Positions 1 to 9,593 of a stretch of 23,065 nucleotides of DNA are shown in pieces; position 1 is the stretch's first letter, and every line of letters begins with the position of its first letter. The notes beneath the pieces were generated by a model, which saw nothing but the letters and a program-made list of their open reading frames with translations, did not search any database and was not told the DNA's origin. This DNA is from Promethearchaeota archaeon (GTDB taxonomy: Archaea > Asgardarchaeota > Thorarchaeia > Thorarchaeales > Thorarchaeaceae), in NCBI GenBank assembly GCA_027031765.1, contig JALVPN010000216.1, forward strand, positions 1-23,065, given 5' to 3'. A program made the translations under genes and the position numbers.

Positions 1-2901
1 GTCCGTACCGTAGGTCTTTGTCTGCCCGAGAGGGTTGGCCACAGAGACCGGTCTCCAGTCGGTCACAGGGTAGTCCACCGTGACCGCCACCTGCTGCGAG
101 CCTGCGGGCGGTGACACCAGCACCTTGGCTGTCCAGTCCACAGTTGAGCTGCCGTTCGTGACGTAGAAAGTGGTGCCCTCTGCGAGGTCCTCATCGAGTG
201 TCGTACCAGACCCCCGGAAGTCCAGACCGGCACCAGCAACAATGTCCACCTGGCCCGAAGACGTCGTGGAGAAGAACAGCCGGACAGTGTCGGAGTCCCG
301 TGGTGTCTTCTCAGGACCGACAGAGTAGAATGATGACGGGTCCTCCTGGTTTGCAAACTCGGTGGCTATCCAGCCCGATGTCGTCTCAGTGTCGGCCACA
401 TGTACCTCGTCGATTATGCCCTCAAAGGCATACGAGCTTGTATAAGCACTCGCGCCTGTACGGATTGGCACCGACACGGAGTTTGAGATTGTGTGGTCAA
501 AGCTCTGCGAGGCCAGGAGCGAGCCGTTCAGGTAGAGGTAGAGGTTGGGCTGTGAGAACACAGCCACGATGTGCTGCCAGTGGCCAGCTGCAATCCCATG
601 TTTCGACTTTGACACGTACAGTGAGTACTTGTTCGAGCCATCGTAGATACTGACCTCAAGATAGGCGTTCCAGAACCTCAATACGTAGCCTGTCCACTGT
701 GGGCCGTTGTGGTGGGACACGATATTGTACTCCCCTGATGAGAGCACGGAGGACGGTACGTTGACCCAGGCGCTGATCGTGAAGTCAGTGGTCATATCAA
801 AGTCCGGGTGGTCAGGGACAGTGACCCCTTGACTCAGCGAACTGTTGAACTGGTACGCGTTGACAATCATGCCGGACACGAGGTCGCTGGAGTCCATGTT
901 GCCAAGGGTCGTACCATCATGCGAGTGCGAGGAACTGTCGTGGACCGTGTCAGTGGGGTCTTCGTCGAGGTGCTGCACCAGGACATAGTTCGAGGTCCAC
1001 GGAGAGCTGGTATAGGTCCGACGGGCATCTGGGTTGCCGTAGTGCATCGTAATGACTGTGTCTGTTGTGCTGGAGAGTGCGGGCACACGTACCCAAGCGA
1101 TGAGGTGTGCGTGGGTCGCGTTGTAGTCCTGGTCGAACAGCTCGAGTTCCCAGTCGAGGGGTGTGCCGTCCACTGTGAAGGCAATGTCCTCACCATCGGC
1201 CTGCACATCCGTCCTCAGGTCGGTGTCATACAGGTCGATGAGTACCGGAAAATCTGTCAGGTCGGCGGACACCTTGGTGTGGTCGACTGTGATGTCCTTG
1301 CTGTACTGGAGTGCTGGGACAGTGTTGCTGTCCTGTGGCACGAGGTACTCGACATGGAGGCGTGCAAGGTCATCCTGGGCATATGTCGTGGAGGCGGAGC
1401 CCTTGATATGGTCGAGGGACTTGTATGAGGAGGCATACATGAACTGGAACATGATGCAGACATAGTTGCCAGTCGACCAGTCGGTACGTGAAACGACCTT
1501 CTGGAGGAGCGCCGCGAAGTCAGGGGAGGAGTGCCTGCTGTCAGTACTCCAAGAGCTTGGTTGCCAGTTGACACTTGTGTCAACCCACGTGTAGCGGTCT
1601 GGCAGGGTAGGCAGTCCGGAGGTGAACGACGACACATTGCTGACATATGCAACATGTATACGGATCCCGGCAATGCTGGTGTACCCCGCTGACTCCACAT
1701 CGATGTATGCGGAGGTGATGGCAGCACCCTGCGGGACCATCAGCTGGAACTGAAAGCCGGTCTGGTAGGCCTGGGCCGTGGACCAGCCACTGTTGCTCCA
1801 CACGCCTACATCAAGCACACTGTCATTGTCCTTGCCATCCAGGTCGACCCCCGACGGTGGGTACGAGGTGCAGTCGCGGTTGGAGTCGTCCGGTACATAG
1901 GGCGAGACCGAACCCGGGAGGGCGCCAATCACCTCAGTGCCGTTGGCCCTCAGGCCGACCTGTTCGGGGAAGGGGACGACAGTCAGTTCGAGCTCGATGT
2001 TGTCAACATACACGTATGCGCCGCGGTAGGAGGACTGGATGCCTGACAGGTCAGTTGCAAGTCCGATATCGAGGAGGAGCGCGTCCGGGTACGAAAAGGT
2101 GTCCAAGGCCGAGGACGGTACTGTGACGGATGCCTGCAACCATGTGTTTGTGACGTCGTCCGACTCGAACACGTGGAGCTTGGACTCGCTGCCAGCAAAC
2201 CGGACGAAAAGGTGCACCTGGTCGTCCATCGACGAGGACGAGGAAACATAGTACCGGAACCGGACCGTGGCGGCTGTGACATCACGCCATGGCGCGCTGA
2301 CCATCTGACTGAGATAGACCTCGTCAGACGCCGTCAGGTTGGTGTCACTGGACCATGCAGCATCGAACCGCCACCCATGGGTCCCACCGTACCCGCCCGA
2401 GCCATCGTTGAGCTCGAAGACACCATGGTGTGGATGTGGGTTCCGTCCCGTGCTAGAACCGTCCTCGCTCTTGACGAGGGTCCAATAGTCAGGCACTGCA
2501 ACATTCTCGGAGTTGTAGGTCGGGTCGACGAGGAACTTCTCATTGTGATAGCTGTTGAGGAACCCGTTCAACAGCGCATCAGTGACTGTCATCGTCAGCT
2601 GGTCCACCTGCGCTTCAAGACCGGTGACCGTCCAGTCTGACGGAGTGTCCACGGCCACGTAGTCCGTTGTACTGGAGTCCAGCGTCAGGCCAACAGAGTC
2701 GTTTGTGACGACCCCGCTCACTGTTGTCGGCAACCCACTACCGCGGCCCGTAATGTCGCCACCAGAGTCGGCGAGCGTCGTCTGCCGCCCGTCCTCAGGG
2801 CTATTGGAGGCCGGCGTAGCGGGGCCGGCAGGCAGCATGGGACTGCCAAGTGGTACTGTGAATGCGAGAATCAGAACAACAACATACATTCTACGATCCA
2901 A
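1..2901 (-). CDS. Large secreted/surface glycoprotein with DNRLRE/CBM96-like region, DUF2341 domain and LamG/ConA-like domain (runs off the window start; at least 967 codons)
   Basis: Absent from the ORF track because there is no stop codon in the window. I translated it by hand and it is open from 2901 to base 1. TTG start at 2901 follows GAGGAGG (alternative ATG at 2889). Signal-peptide-like N-terminus MDRRMYVVVLILAFTVPLG. VPQGAAITSAYI...SPDFAALLQKVVSRTDWSTGN (about 1350-1790). DUF2341-like YSKDITVDHTKVSADLTDFPVLIDL...ADGEDIAF...AWVRVPALSSTTDTVITMHYGNP (about 1020-1305). LamG-like FTISAWV...WQHIVAVF...LYLNG...FEGIIDEVHV (about 350-790). At least nine N-x-S/T sequons. Confidence 0.9.
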   Translation of the reverse strand, partial: MDRRMYVVVLILAFTVPLGSPMLPAGPATPASNSPEDGRQTTLADSGGDITGRGSGLPTTVSGVVTNDSVGLTLDSSTTDYVAVDTPSDWTVTGLEAQVDQLTMTVTDALLNGFLNSYHNEKFLVDPTYNSENVAVPDYWTLVKSEDGSSTGRNPHPHHGVFELNDGSGGYGGTHGWRFDAAWSSDTNLTASDEVYLSQMVSAPWRDVTAATVRFRYYVSSSSSMDDQVHLFVRFAGSESKLHVFESDDVTNTWLQASVTVPSSALDTFSYPDALLLDIGLATDLSGIQSSYRGAYVYVDNIELELTVVPFPEQVGLRANGTEVIGALPGSVSPYVPDDSNRDCTSYPPSGVDLDGKDNDSVLDVGVWSNSGWSTAQAYQTGFQFQLMVPQGAAITSAYIDVESAGYTSIAGIRIHVAYVSNVSSFTSGLPTLPDRYTWVDTSVNWQPSSWSTDSRHSSPDFAALLQKVVSRTDWSTGNYVCIMFQFMYASSYKSLDHIKGSASTTYAQDDLARLHVEYLVPQDSNTVPALQYSKDITVDHTKVSADLTDFPVLIDLYDTDLRTDVQADGEDIAFTVDGTPLDWELELFDQDYNATHAHLIAWVRVPALSSTTDTVITMHYGNPDARRTYTSSPWTSNYVLVQHLDEDPTDTVHDSSSHSHDGTTLGNMDSSDLVSGMIVNAYQFNSSLSQGVTVPDHPDFDMTTDFTISAWVNVPSSVLSSGEYNIVSHHNGPQWTGYVLRFWNAYLEVSIYDGSNKYSLYVSKSKHGIAAGHWQHIVAVFSQPNLYLYLNGSLLASQSFDHTISNSVSVPIRTGASAYTSSYAFEGIIDEVHVADTETTSGWIATEFANQEDPSSFYSVGPEKTPRDSDTVRLFFSTTSSGQVDIVAGAGLDFRGSGTTLDEDLAEGTTFYVTNGSSTVDWTAKVLVSPPAGSQQVAVTVDYPVTDWRPVSVANPLGQTKTYGTD

Positions 2902-3450
2902 TCCAGTTCGTCCTCCTCATTGGTCTCGAGACCCATCTGGTCAACTTGCCATCCGGACTTGCAAGTCATCTGCTCCTTGGAATTCCGGTGCACTCCATAA
3001 TAAGAAATGCCGTGCAGACTGATTCTGTTCCCGGTCACACCTTTCAATTTTTCGACGACCTGCTGGTATCTCACTCGTTTCTTGAAGGGCGGACTGTCTT
3101 CGCCCAGACTTCCCCGGATGACAGGACGGACACATGTGCATTGAGGTAGTGCCTGTACGACCACTCCCTGTGTCATGCTGCACGCGGGGGGTCTTTGCAG
3201 CAGATGGAGAGGAGTATTTGCAGGACCCCTAGATATACTTGCGTATCCAGGGGTCGGTACAACAACAGAGCAGTGACGACACCGGCGGGAGGGGTGTGTG
3301 CAGTACCACCTGACATGGGTCAACAGCGACGTCCAAAGGGGCCACTCAAGTGCACTGTGTGGACACCACACACCATCAGGCAAGATGGCCGGACAGATGC
3401 AGGACGGAAAAGTGGGACAGCGGACAGTGTGGAGAGCCGGCAGTGGAAAG

Positions 3451-3687
3451 TCACAATGACCGGTTCCACTGACGATATGCAAGCTCGATGTCCTTGTCGG
3501 TGATGGTCTTCCGACCACTATGTTCGGTCAGCTCAAACGCACGGCGTGCGAGGTACTCTCCGACCTCTTCGAGGATCTGTGCCAGACGTTCGGCACCCTT
3601 GTCACTTACTCTCCCGGCCCCGGCCTTCCGTATGAGACGGTCAACCGGTGCCACTGGTATAATCCGGCCCTTACGTGATCGCGGCAA
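3451..3687 (-). CDS. Archaeal histone (HMf-like), 78 aa, with short basic N-terminal extension
   Basis: IPVAPVDRLIRKAGAGRVSDKGAERLAQILEE...HSGRKTITDKDIELA matches the HMf/HTk histone fold. TTG start at 3687 is chosen because AAGGAG lies 10 nt upstream and a TATA box is at 3749-3756. The track's start at 3744 is probably too far upstream. Confidence 0.95.
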   Translation of the reverse strand: MPRSRKGRIIPVAPVDRLIRKAGAGRVSDKGAERLAQILEEVGEYLARRAFELTEHSGRKTITDKDIELAYRQWNRSL

Positions 3688-3748
3688 GAGGGCATAACTC
3701 CTTTTTCCGTGTAATGAGAACTTTGCAGTACATATAGGGAGCAAACAG

Positions 3749-3756
3749 TATTAAAA
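3749..3756 (-). promoter_or_regulatory. TATA box of histone gene (TTTTAATA)
   Basis: TTTTAATA on the minus strand, about 60 nt upstream of the TTG start and its SD-like motif. Confidence 0.65.
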
Positions 3757-3806
3757 GGTTGGTAATTGGTCCGGTGACCCCGCCACCGACTGCACGACAG
3801 GTGTCA

Positions 3807-5012
3807 CTATTGGGGGCGCTGCCGCTGTGGAGGGCTCCGGAGCATGACCACACGGGCCTGACGGATTTCCTCGTCGAGCACGGAGAGGTCCATGTCAGTC
3901 TCGGCTGCGAGGACGGCGTCCATGCGGGCCTTCACAGCAGGGAACTTTGGTGCGAGCGTGCAGCACTGTGGGGCGCCGGTGGCGAACTCGTAGGTACCGA
4001 CCCTCATTGCCATCCTCTCAATGTCGACCTTGTCATCACCGGCACAGGGCCTCAGGACCGGGAAGTCTGTGACTGCAGAGTCTATGACACGCAGGTTGGC
4101 AGTGGTCTGGGAGGCCTGCTCACCAATTATCTCCCCCGTGACTATTGCATCTGCGTGCTCCATGTGTGCAATCCTCTGTGCCAGCCGGAGCATGTTGCGC
4201 TTACAGAACACACAGACCAGGCGTGGCGGGCCATGTCTGAGGGCCTCGTCAAGGTCGGGCCCATGCGGTACGATGTACATCTTCACAGGGTAGCCGTAGA
4301 CGTACTCGGCAAGCCTCCGGGCCTGTTCTACGGCCAGGGCACTGCACGCGCTGTCGGCATGGGGGCTGTTGTCAAAGAACACGAACACTGGGATGCAGCC
4401 ACGACGCATCACCTTGTAGGCGGCAATCGGTGAGTCAAGGCCCGTAGAGACCGTACACACGACCTTGCCCTGTGAGCCCGTGGGCATCCCACCCACACCC
4501 TCGAACGTCTCCGTAAAGAGATAGGCGCGGTCGCGACGCACCTCCACGTAGAGGGTCTGGTCTGGAGAGTCAAGGTTGACATGGAGGTTGTAGTCGGAGA
4601 GGTCGGCAAGGACACATGCACCGAGCCGCTCTCTAATGTCCTGACTTGTGAAGTCGTGTGAACCGGTCCTGCGGGCACCGACCGCAAAGCTCCGGTCACG
4701 CTCAAAGGTGTCACGTGCAAGGGCAACGCCGGCGTCCAGGACCTCGTCGAGGGCAGCCGTACTGACCACTACGGGGGATGTGGACACGACACCGAAGACG
4801 CGGGACGCGACACGGGCGGCCGCGACAGGCCTCTCCGTATAGCTGAAGATACGCCCGTAGTCGTCCACGACCCTGTCATACGGCACGTCCTCCATGTCCA
4901 GTGCTTCCCGTACGTGGCTGATGAGCAGTCGGGTCATACGGCGCCGGGTCTGGTCGGACTTTATTGCAATCTCACCGAAGCGGAGCAGGACAGCACTGTA
5001 GTCAGGACTCAT
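3807..5012 (-). CDS. thiI: tRNA 4-thiouridine synthase ThiI (THUMP + PP-loop; archaeal CXXC+C type, no rhodanese domain)
   Basis: LLRFGEIAIKS N-terminus; THUMP region (SFAVGARR...VNLDSPDQTLYVEVR); PP-loop STGLDSPIAAY; CVFCKR; TGEIIGEQASQT; CCTLAPKFP. GGAGGT SD-like motif upstream. Confidence 0.95.
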   Translation of the reverse strand: MSPDYSAVLLRFGEIAIKSDQTRRRMTRLLISHVREALDMEDVPYDRVVDDYGRIFSYTERPVAAARVASRVFGVVSTSPVVVSTAALDEVLDAGVALARDTFERDRSFAVGARRTGSHDFTSQDIRERLGACVLADLSDYNLHVNLDSPDQTLYVEVRRDRAYLFTETFEGVGGMPTGSQGKVVCTVSTGLDSPIAAYKVMRRGCIPVFVFFDNSPHADSACSALAVEQARRLAEYVYGYPVKMYIVPHGPDLDEALRHGPPRLVCVFCKRNMLRLAQRIAHMEHADAIVTGEIIGEQASQTTANLRVIDSAVTDFPVLRPCAGDDKVDIERMAMRVGTYEFATGAPQCCTLAPKFPAVKARMDAVLAAETDMDLSVLDEEIRQARVVMLRSPPQRQRPQ

Positions 5013-5109
5013 GAGACCTCCCCCTCTGAGGAGAGGTTACAGCAGTTAACCGTTCCGCATTAGGCCGCCCAAAGTGTTCATATCCTGCAGGGTGCACTGA
5101 CAGGCCACG

Positions 5110-7134
5110 ATGAGAACAGTTGGTGTGGATGTCGGCGGTACGTTCACCGACATAGTGCTGGTCAAGGAGGACGGCAGCTATGTTGTCCACAAGGTGCCCT
5201 CGACGCCGGGTGCCCAAGAGCGTGCTGTGATACAGGGCATCAGCGAAGTACTGGAAACGCACAGTGTGGACGCCAAGGAGGTTGCGCTTGTTGTGCATGG
5301 CACCACTGTGGCCGCGAATGCCATGATTGAGAGGCGGGGTGCCCATGTCTGCCTCCTGACAACAGAGGGGTTCGAGGACATCCTTGAGATTGGACGTCAG
5401 GACAGGTCGGAGATATACGACCTCACAGCAACACGTCCCGCACCACTGGTGGCGGCTGACGACCGCATAGGCGTGCACGAACGGACTGGCGCAAGTGGCG
5501 AGGTAGTGGTGCCCCTGAAACAGGAGGAGGTGCAGCGGGTCGTCCGACTGGTGGGTCAGCGGAGGCCAGAGGGCGTTGCCATCTCCCTGCTCTTCTCGTT
5601 CAGAGAGCCACGGCACGAGAGGGTGCTCCTCGAAGCGCTGAGACGAGAGCTCGACGCCTACGTCGTAGCATCGTCAGAGGTACTGCCAGAGTTCAGGGAG
5701 TTCGAGAGGACATCGACAACTGTCCTCGAGGCGTACTTGGGGCCCCTGGTCGTCGGCTACGTCAGCCGCCTGGCAGAAATGCTGGCCAGCACCTGTCCGC
5801 GTGCTACGCTGACGCTCATGCAGTCAAATGGTGGCACCATGCACGCTGACAGGGTACACGGGCATGCGGTCGGACTCGCAGTCTCGGGCCTCGCAGGAGG
5901 TGTCATCGGGGGGCTGGAGATAGCCCGACAACACGGCCTGGACTCGGTCATAACCCTGGACATGGGGGGCACCAGCTGCGATGTTGCCGCCGTTCATGGT
6001 AGGGTACCCATCATACACAACAACACGATTGGGGGTCTGCCTATAAGGTTCCCGACAGTGGATGTCCGCACCATAGGTGCTGGCGGGGGGAGCATAGCAT
6101 GGGTAGATGATATGGACATCCTACATGTGGGCCCCCAGAGTGCAGGGGCCAGCCCCGGGCCCGCAGCCTACGGCCGGGGCGGTACAGATGCCACCGTCAC
6201 CGATGCGAACGTGTTACTCGGCAGGATCAACCCTGACTACTTCCTCGGTGGGCGCATGCAGCTGGAACGCGACCTCGCTGAGACCGCAGTCAGACGCATT
6301 GCTGAGAAACTGGACATGGGGGTTGAGGACACAGCACTGGGGATAGTCCGGATCTCCACGGCAAACATGGTGGAGGCAATCAGGGGCGTCACCGTTGGAC
6401 GGGGGCAGGACCCACGTGCCTTCACGCTGGTCGCATTCGGTGGCGCCGGGCCCACCCAGGCCGTGGACATAGCTCAGGCCCTGCACATCGCCTCGGTGCT
6501 CGTCCCACGACACCCCGGTACAACGTCTGCCCTTGGACTGGTCTGTGCTGAAACACGGGTCGACCTCGTACAGACCGTCCTCGTGGACGACCCCGGAGAA
6601 GTGCGTGTGACAGTGGGGGAGGTACTGCAAGACCTGACCACGAGGGCAGTGCGGAGAGTGGAGCGGCAGACAGGCGACAGTAGCGGGATCCGGGTAGAGT
6701 GGTCTGTAGACATGCGTTACGTTGGACAGTCCCACGAACTGACAGTACCGGTACCGAGAGATGAGCACGCCCTCGCAGAGGTGTCGCGGGAGAGGTTCGA
6801 GACAGAACACGAGCGCCGGTTCGGCTATCGGCTCGCAGACAGAGGGGTCGAGTGGGTTACGGCACGGGTCGTGGCCACGCAGGACAGCAGGAGGAGGGTG
6901 CACTACCGACAGCCAGGAGGGCAGGGTGAGGGGCCGGTCGGCGAGCGGGAGGTGCTGACACAGAGCGGCTGGTGCACGGCGACAGTGTACCGACGGGACG
7001 GGCTGCGCAGTGCACAGAGGGTCGATGGGCCAGCAGTCATCGAACAGCCAGACACCACAGTGTACGTGGGCCCGGGATGGTACGGTACAGTGACAGCACA
7101 CGGTGCGCTCTGGTTGAGGAGGTCGGACACATGA
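5110..7134 (+). CDS. hyuA: Hydantoinase/5-oxoprolinase family ATP-binding subunit A
   Basis: VGVDVGGTFTD, HGTTVAANAMIER, REFERTSTT, DMGGTSCDV, TIGAGGGSI, SAGASPGPAAYGRGG, FGGAGP, DMRYVGQSHEL, IEQPDTT. A TATA-like TTCATATC at 5077-5084 lies 25 nt before the ATG, consistent with a leaderless transcript. Confidence 0.95.
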   Translation: MRTVGVDVGGTFTDIVLVKEDGSYVVHKVPSTPGAQERAVIQGISEVLETHSVDAKEVALVVHGTTVAANAMIERRGAHVCLLTTEGFEDILEIGRQDRSEIYDLTATRPAPLVAADDRIGVHERTGASGEVVVPLKQEEVQRVVRLVGQRRPEGVAISLLFSFREPRHERVLLEALRRELDAYVVASSEVLPEFREFERTSTTVLEAYLGPLVVGYVSRLAEMLASTCPRATLTLMQSNGGTMHADRVHGHAVGLAVSGLAGGVIGGLEIARQHGLDSVITLDMGGTSCDVAAVHGRVPIIHNNTIGGLPIRFPTVDVRTIGAGGGSIAWVDDMDILHVGPQSAGASPGPAAYGRGGTDATVTDANVLLGRINPDYFLGGRMQLERDLAETAVRRIAEKLDMGVEDTALGIVRISTANMVEAIRGVTVGRGQDPRAFTLVAFGGAGPTQAVDIAQALHIASVLVPRHPGTTSALGLVCAETRVDLVQTVLVDDPGEVRVTVGEVLQDLTTRAVRRVERQTGDSSGIRVEWSVDMRYVGQSHELTVPVPRDEHALAEVSRERFETEHERRFGYRLADRGVEWVTARVVATQDSRRRVHYRQPGGQGEGPVGEREVLTQSGWCTATVYRRDGLRSAQRVDGPAVIEQPDTTVYVGPGWYGTVTAHGALWLRRSDT

Positions 7135-8705
7135 ACACAGACCCCATAACGTTCGAGGTCGTGAAGAACGCGCTGGTGTCCTGTGCTGCCGAGATGAGCA
7201 TCACGCTCCAGCGGACGGCGTTCAGCACGAACATCAAGGAGCGACGCGACTGCAGCTGTGCAGTCTTCGACGCCGAGGGCAGACTGGTCGCACAGTCAAA
7301 GGACATACCTGTGCACCTGGGTGCGATGCCAATGTCCGTGAGGGAGTGCATGCGTGCAGTTGGCGATGAACTGGTGGAGGGCTCGATGGCCCTTGTGAAC
7401 GACCCCTTCTCTGGTGGGTCGCACCTCCCAGACCTGACACTTGTGGCACCAGTGTTCGACAACGGCGAAATGGTCGCGGTGGTGGCCAACAGGGCGCACC
7501 ATGCGGACGTGGGCGGTGTGAGCCCGGGCTCGATGCCGGGACTGTCCATGTCCCTTGAGGAGGAGGGCGTCGTCATCCCGCCGCGCATAGTTGTGGAGAA
7601 CGGTCATCTCATCAAGGAGAGGGTAAATGACCTCCTGGAAGGGACGCGCACACCAGACGAGCGGCTCGGTGACCTTGCTGCACAGATGGCAGCAAACACT
7701 GTCGGGCAGCGACGGCTGCGTGAGGTGGCGCAGGCTGCCGGGGGCTGGGACAGACTGGCTGCGCTGTTCTCAGACCTCATGGAGTACTCTGCGGGGCTCA
7801 TGATGAAGGCCGTGGCACCACTGGACGGCACAAGGGACAGTTTCACGGACTTCATGGACAGCGACGGCGCGGGCCGGTGGCGCATCCCGATTGAGGCAAC
7901 TGTCACATTTGGCGGAGGGGGAGTCTCAGTCGACTTTGAGGGGACAGCAGGACAGGTGCCGGGAAACATAAACTGTCCGCTCGCGTCGACACTGTCGGCG
8001 GTCTACTATGTGTTCACATCACTCTTCGGACGGGACATCCCGGTGAACGAGGGGATGTGGAGCGTAATCGGTGTGCGTGCGCCTGAGGGGTCGCTCCTGA
8101 ACCCGAGGCCCCCGGCGGCGGTCTCTGCGGGGAATGTCGAGACCACACAGAGAGTGGTGGACGTGGTGCTCGGCGCGCTCGCGGGCGTGATACCCGATAG
8201 GATTCCTGCCGCAAGCCAGGGGACTATGAACAACCTGTCGGTAGGCGGTACAGACCCGACGACCGGGAGGAGCTTCTCCTTCTACGAGACCATCGGTGGT
8301 GGTGCCGGCGCCATGAAGGGGCGACATGGGACGAGTGCCGTCCAAGTGCACATGACCAACACCCTGAACACACCCATAGAGGCCATTGAGACGTCATACC
8401 CGCTCCGTGTCAGGCGTTATGCAATACGCAGGAACAGCGGCGGGCCAGGGCGATGGCGTGGTGGTGACGGCATCGTCAGGGAAATCGAGATACTTGTGGA
8501 CGGGTGCGAAGTGTCAATACAGTCCGAGAGGCGTCACACTGCACCCTGGGGGCTTGCAGGTGGCGGGCCCGGTGAGACGGGCCGCAACGTGCTCATGTTC
8601 GGGGGGCGCAAGATAGAGCTACAGGCCAAGTCCAGCGTCACCGTACTTGCGGGGACGGTGATACGTGTGGAGACCCCTGGTGGCGGTGGGTGGGGGGCAC
8701 CGTGA
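7131..8705 (+). CDS. hyuB: Hydantoinase/5-oxoprolinase family subunit B, 524 aa
   Basis: MNTDPITFEVVKNAL, FSTNIKERRDCSCA, IPVHLGAM, NDPFSGGSHLPD, AHHADVGG, GTMNNL, YETIGGGAGA, HMTNTLNTPIE, TPGGGGWG. ATG at 7131 overlaps the hyuA stop (ATGA) and has GAGGAGG upstream. The track's start at 6972 is an upstream extension. Confidence 0.95.
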   Translation: MNTDPITFEVVKNALVSCAAEMSITLQRTAFSTNIKERRDCSCAVFDAEGRLVAQSKDIPVHLGAMPMSVRECMRAVGDELVEGSMALVNDPFSGGSHLPDLTLVAPVFDNGEMVAVVANRAHHADVGGVSPGSMPGLSMSLEEEGVVIPPRIVVENGHLIKERVNDLLEGTRTPDERLGDLAAQMAANTVGQRRLREVAQAAGGWDRLAALFSDLMEYSAGLMMKAVAPLDGTRDSFTDFMDSDGAGRWRIPIEATVTFGGGGVSVDFEGTAGQVPGNINCPLASTLSAVYYVFTSLFGRDIPVNEGMWSVIGVRAPEGSLLNPRPPAAVSAGNVETTQRVVDVVLGALAGVIPDRIPAASQGTMNNLSVGGTDPTTGRSFSFYETIGGGAGAMKGRHGTSAVQVHMTNTLNTPIEAIETSYPLRVRRYAIRRNSGGPGRWRGGDGIVREIEILVDGCEVSIQSERRHTAPWGLAGGGPGETGRNVLMFGGRKIELQAKSSVTVLAGTVIRVETPGGGGWGAP

Positions 8706-8816
8706 CCCCACTGTGGCCCTGACCACACCGTCAGATGGTGGGACATGTATGGCACTGACCGGGGCCTTGCCTGCCCCGTAGGCGGGCTGTGCGTGTTGGG
8801 TGCTGAGACGTCCGTC

Positions 8817-9569
8817 CTACACTTTCAGGGCAACATCTCCGGTGACAGCGTTCACCCGCATTGTCTTGGACTCCTCACCCGCGGAGACCTTGACATAGTA
8901 GGTCGGTACGTAGAAGCCGGTGAGCTTGACTGTGAGCTCATGCTCAGCGACCCTCTTGGCCCCGGCCGGTACGACCTTCTTGGCCTCCTTCTCGAGGGCC
9001 CTGATGACCTTCTCGAAGGAGTTCAGCTTGCCAGGTGCCACCTTGACGGAATCAAGCCATTCAGGTGTCGCCTTCTTCTTCCCCGGGCCCTTCAGGAACT
9101 CCTCCATCGCCTGCGCGGCGAGGCCTGTCGTCCCGTTCAGGATCACGGACATCGGCCGCCGGGTCTCGTGGAGGTGCACCGTGTCGATGACCACGGACTT
9201 CATTGGTGCCGACTTGGTCTTGCGGGGTAGGAGGACCTTCTCGCCCACGACGAGTACGCCCACTGTCTCATCGGGTACGTAGACCTCCTCGGTCTTTACA
9301 TGTAGTGAGTGTACCATCACTTCGGCATCACACATGCAATAGAACTCGTATTTCAGGGCTGGACGGCCCACCTTGACATCGTCCTCACCGACACCGAGGG
9401 CCTCTGCCCCAGCACGCATTGCAATATCTGCGGCCTCGTCAGCGTCGACCTTGGTGCGGAAGTAGAAGGCACGCTGGTCCCGTACTACCGTTTTCAGCTT
9501 TGCTGACCCCCCTGTCAGTCTGAAGTGTGACGGGGAGAGAGCAGTCTTGCCGGACTTCTTTGGCGACAT
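8817..9569 (-). CDS. Hypothetical basic protein, 250 aa, with two PepSY-like pseudo-repeat units
   Basis: Protein-like long ORF. ATG at 9569 lies about 25 nt downstream of TATA-like CTTATAC (9594-9600). The two halves end in ILNGTTG and VNAVTG, each preceded by an aromatic strand (LKYEFY / FYVPTY). Confidence 0.8.
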   Translation of the reverse strand: MSPKKSGKTALSPSHFRLTGGSAKLKTVVRDQRAFYFRTKVDADEAADIAMRAGAEALGVGEDDVKVGRPALKYEFYCMCDAEVMVHSLHVKTEEVYVPDETVGVLVVGEKVLLPRKTKSAPMKSVVIDTVHLHETRRPMSVILNGTTGLAAQAMEEFLKGPGKKKATPEWLDSVKVAPGKLNSFEKVIRALEKEAKKVVPAGAKRVAEHELTVKLTGFYVPTYYVKVSAGEESKTMRVNAVTGDVALKV

Positions 9570-9593
9570 GGTGAAGAATATTGTAGCGGATGC

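Noticed and set aside
2871-3518. 215-aa minus-strand ORF spanning the large gap
   Set aside because: It overlaps the histone end and the surface-protein start, its composition (Pro/Cys/His/Arg-rich) is not protein-like, and it has no start signals.
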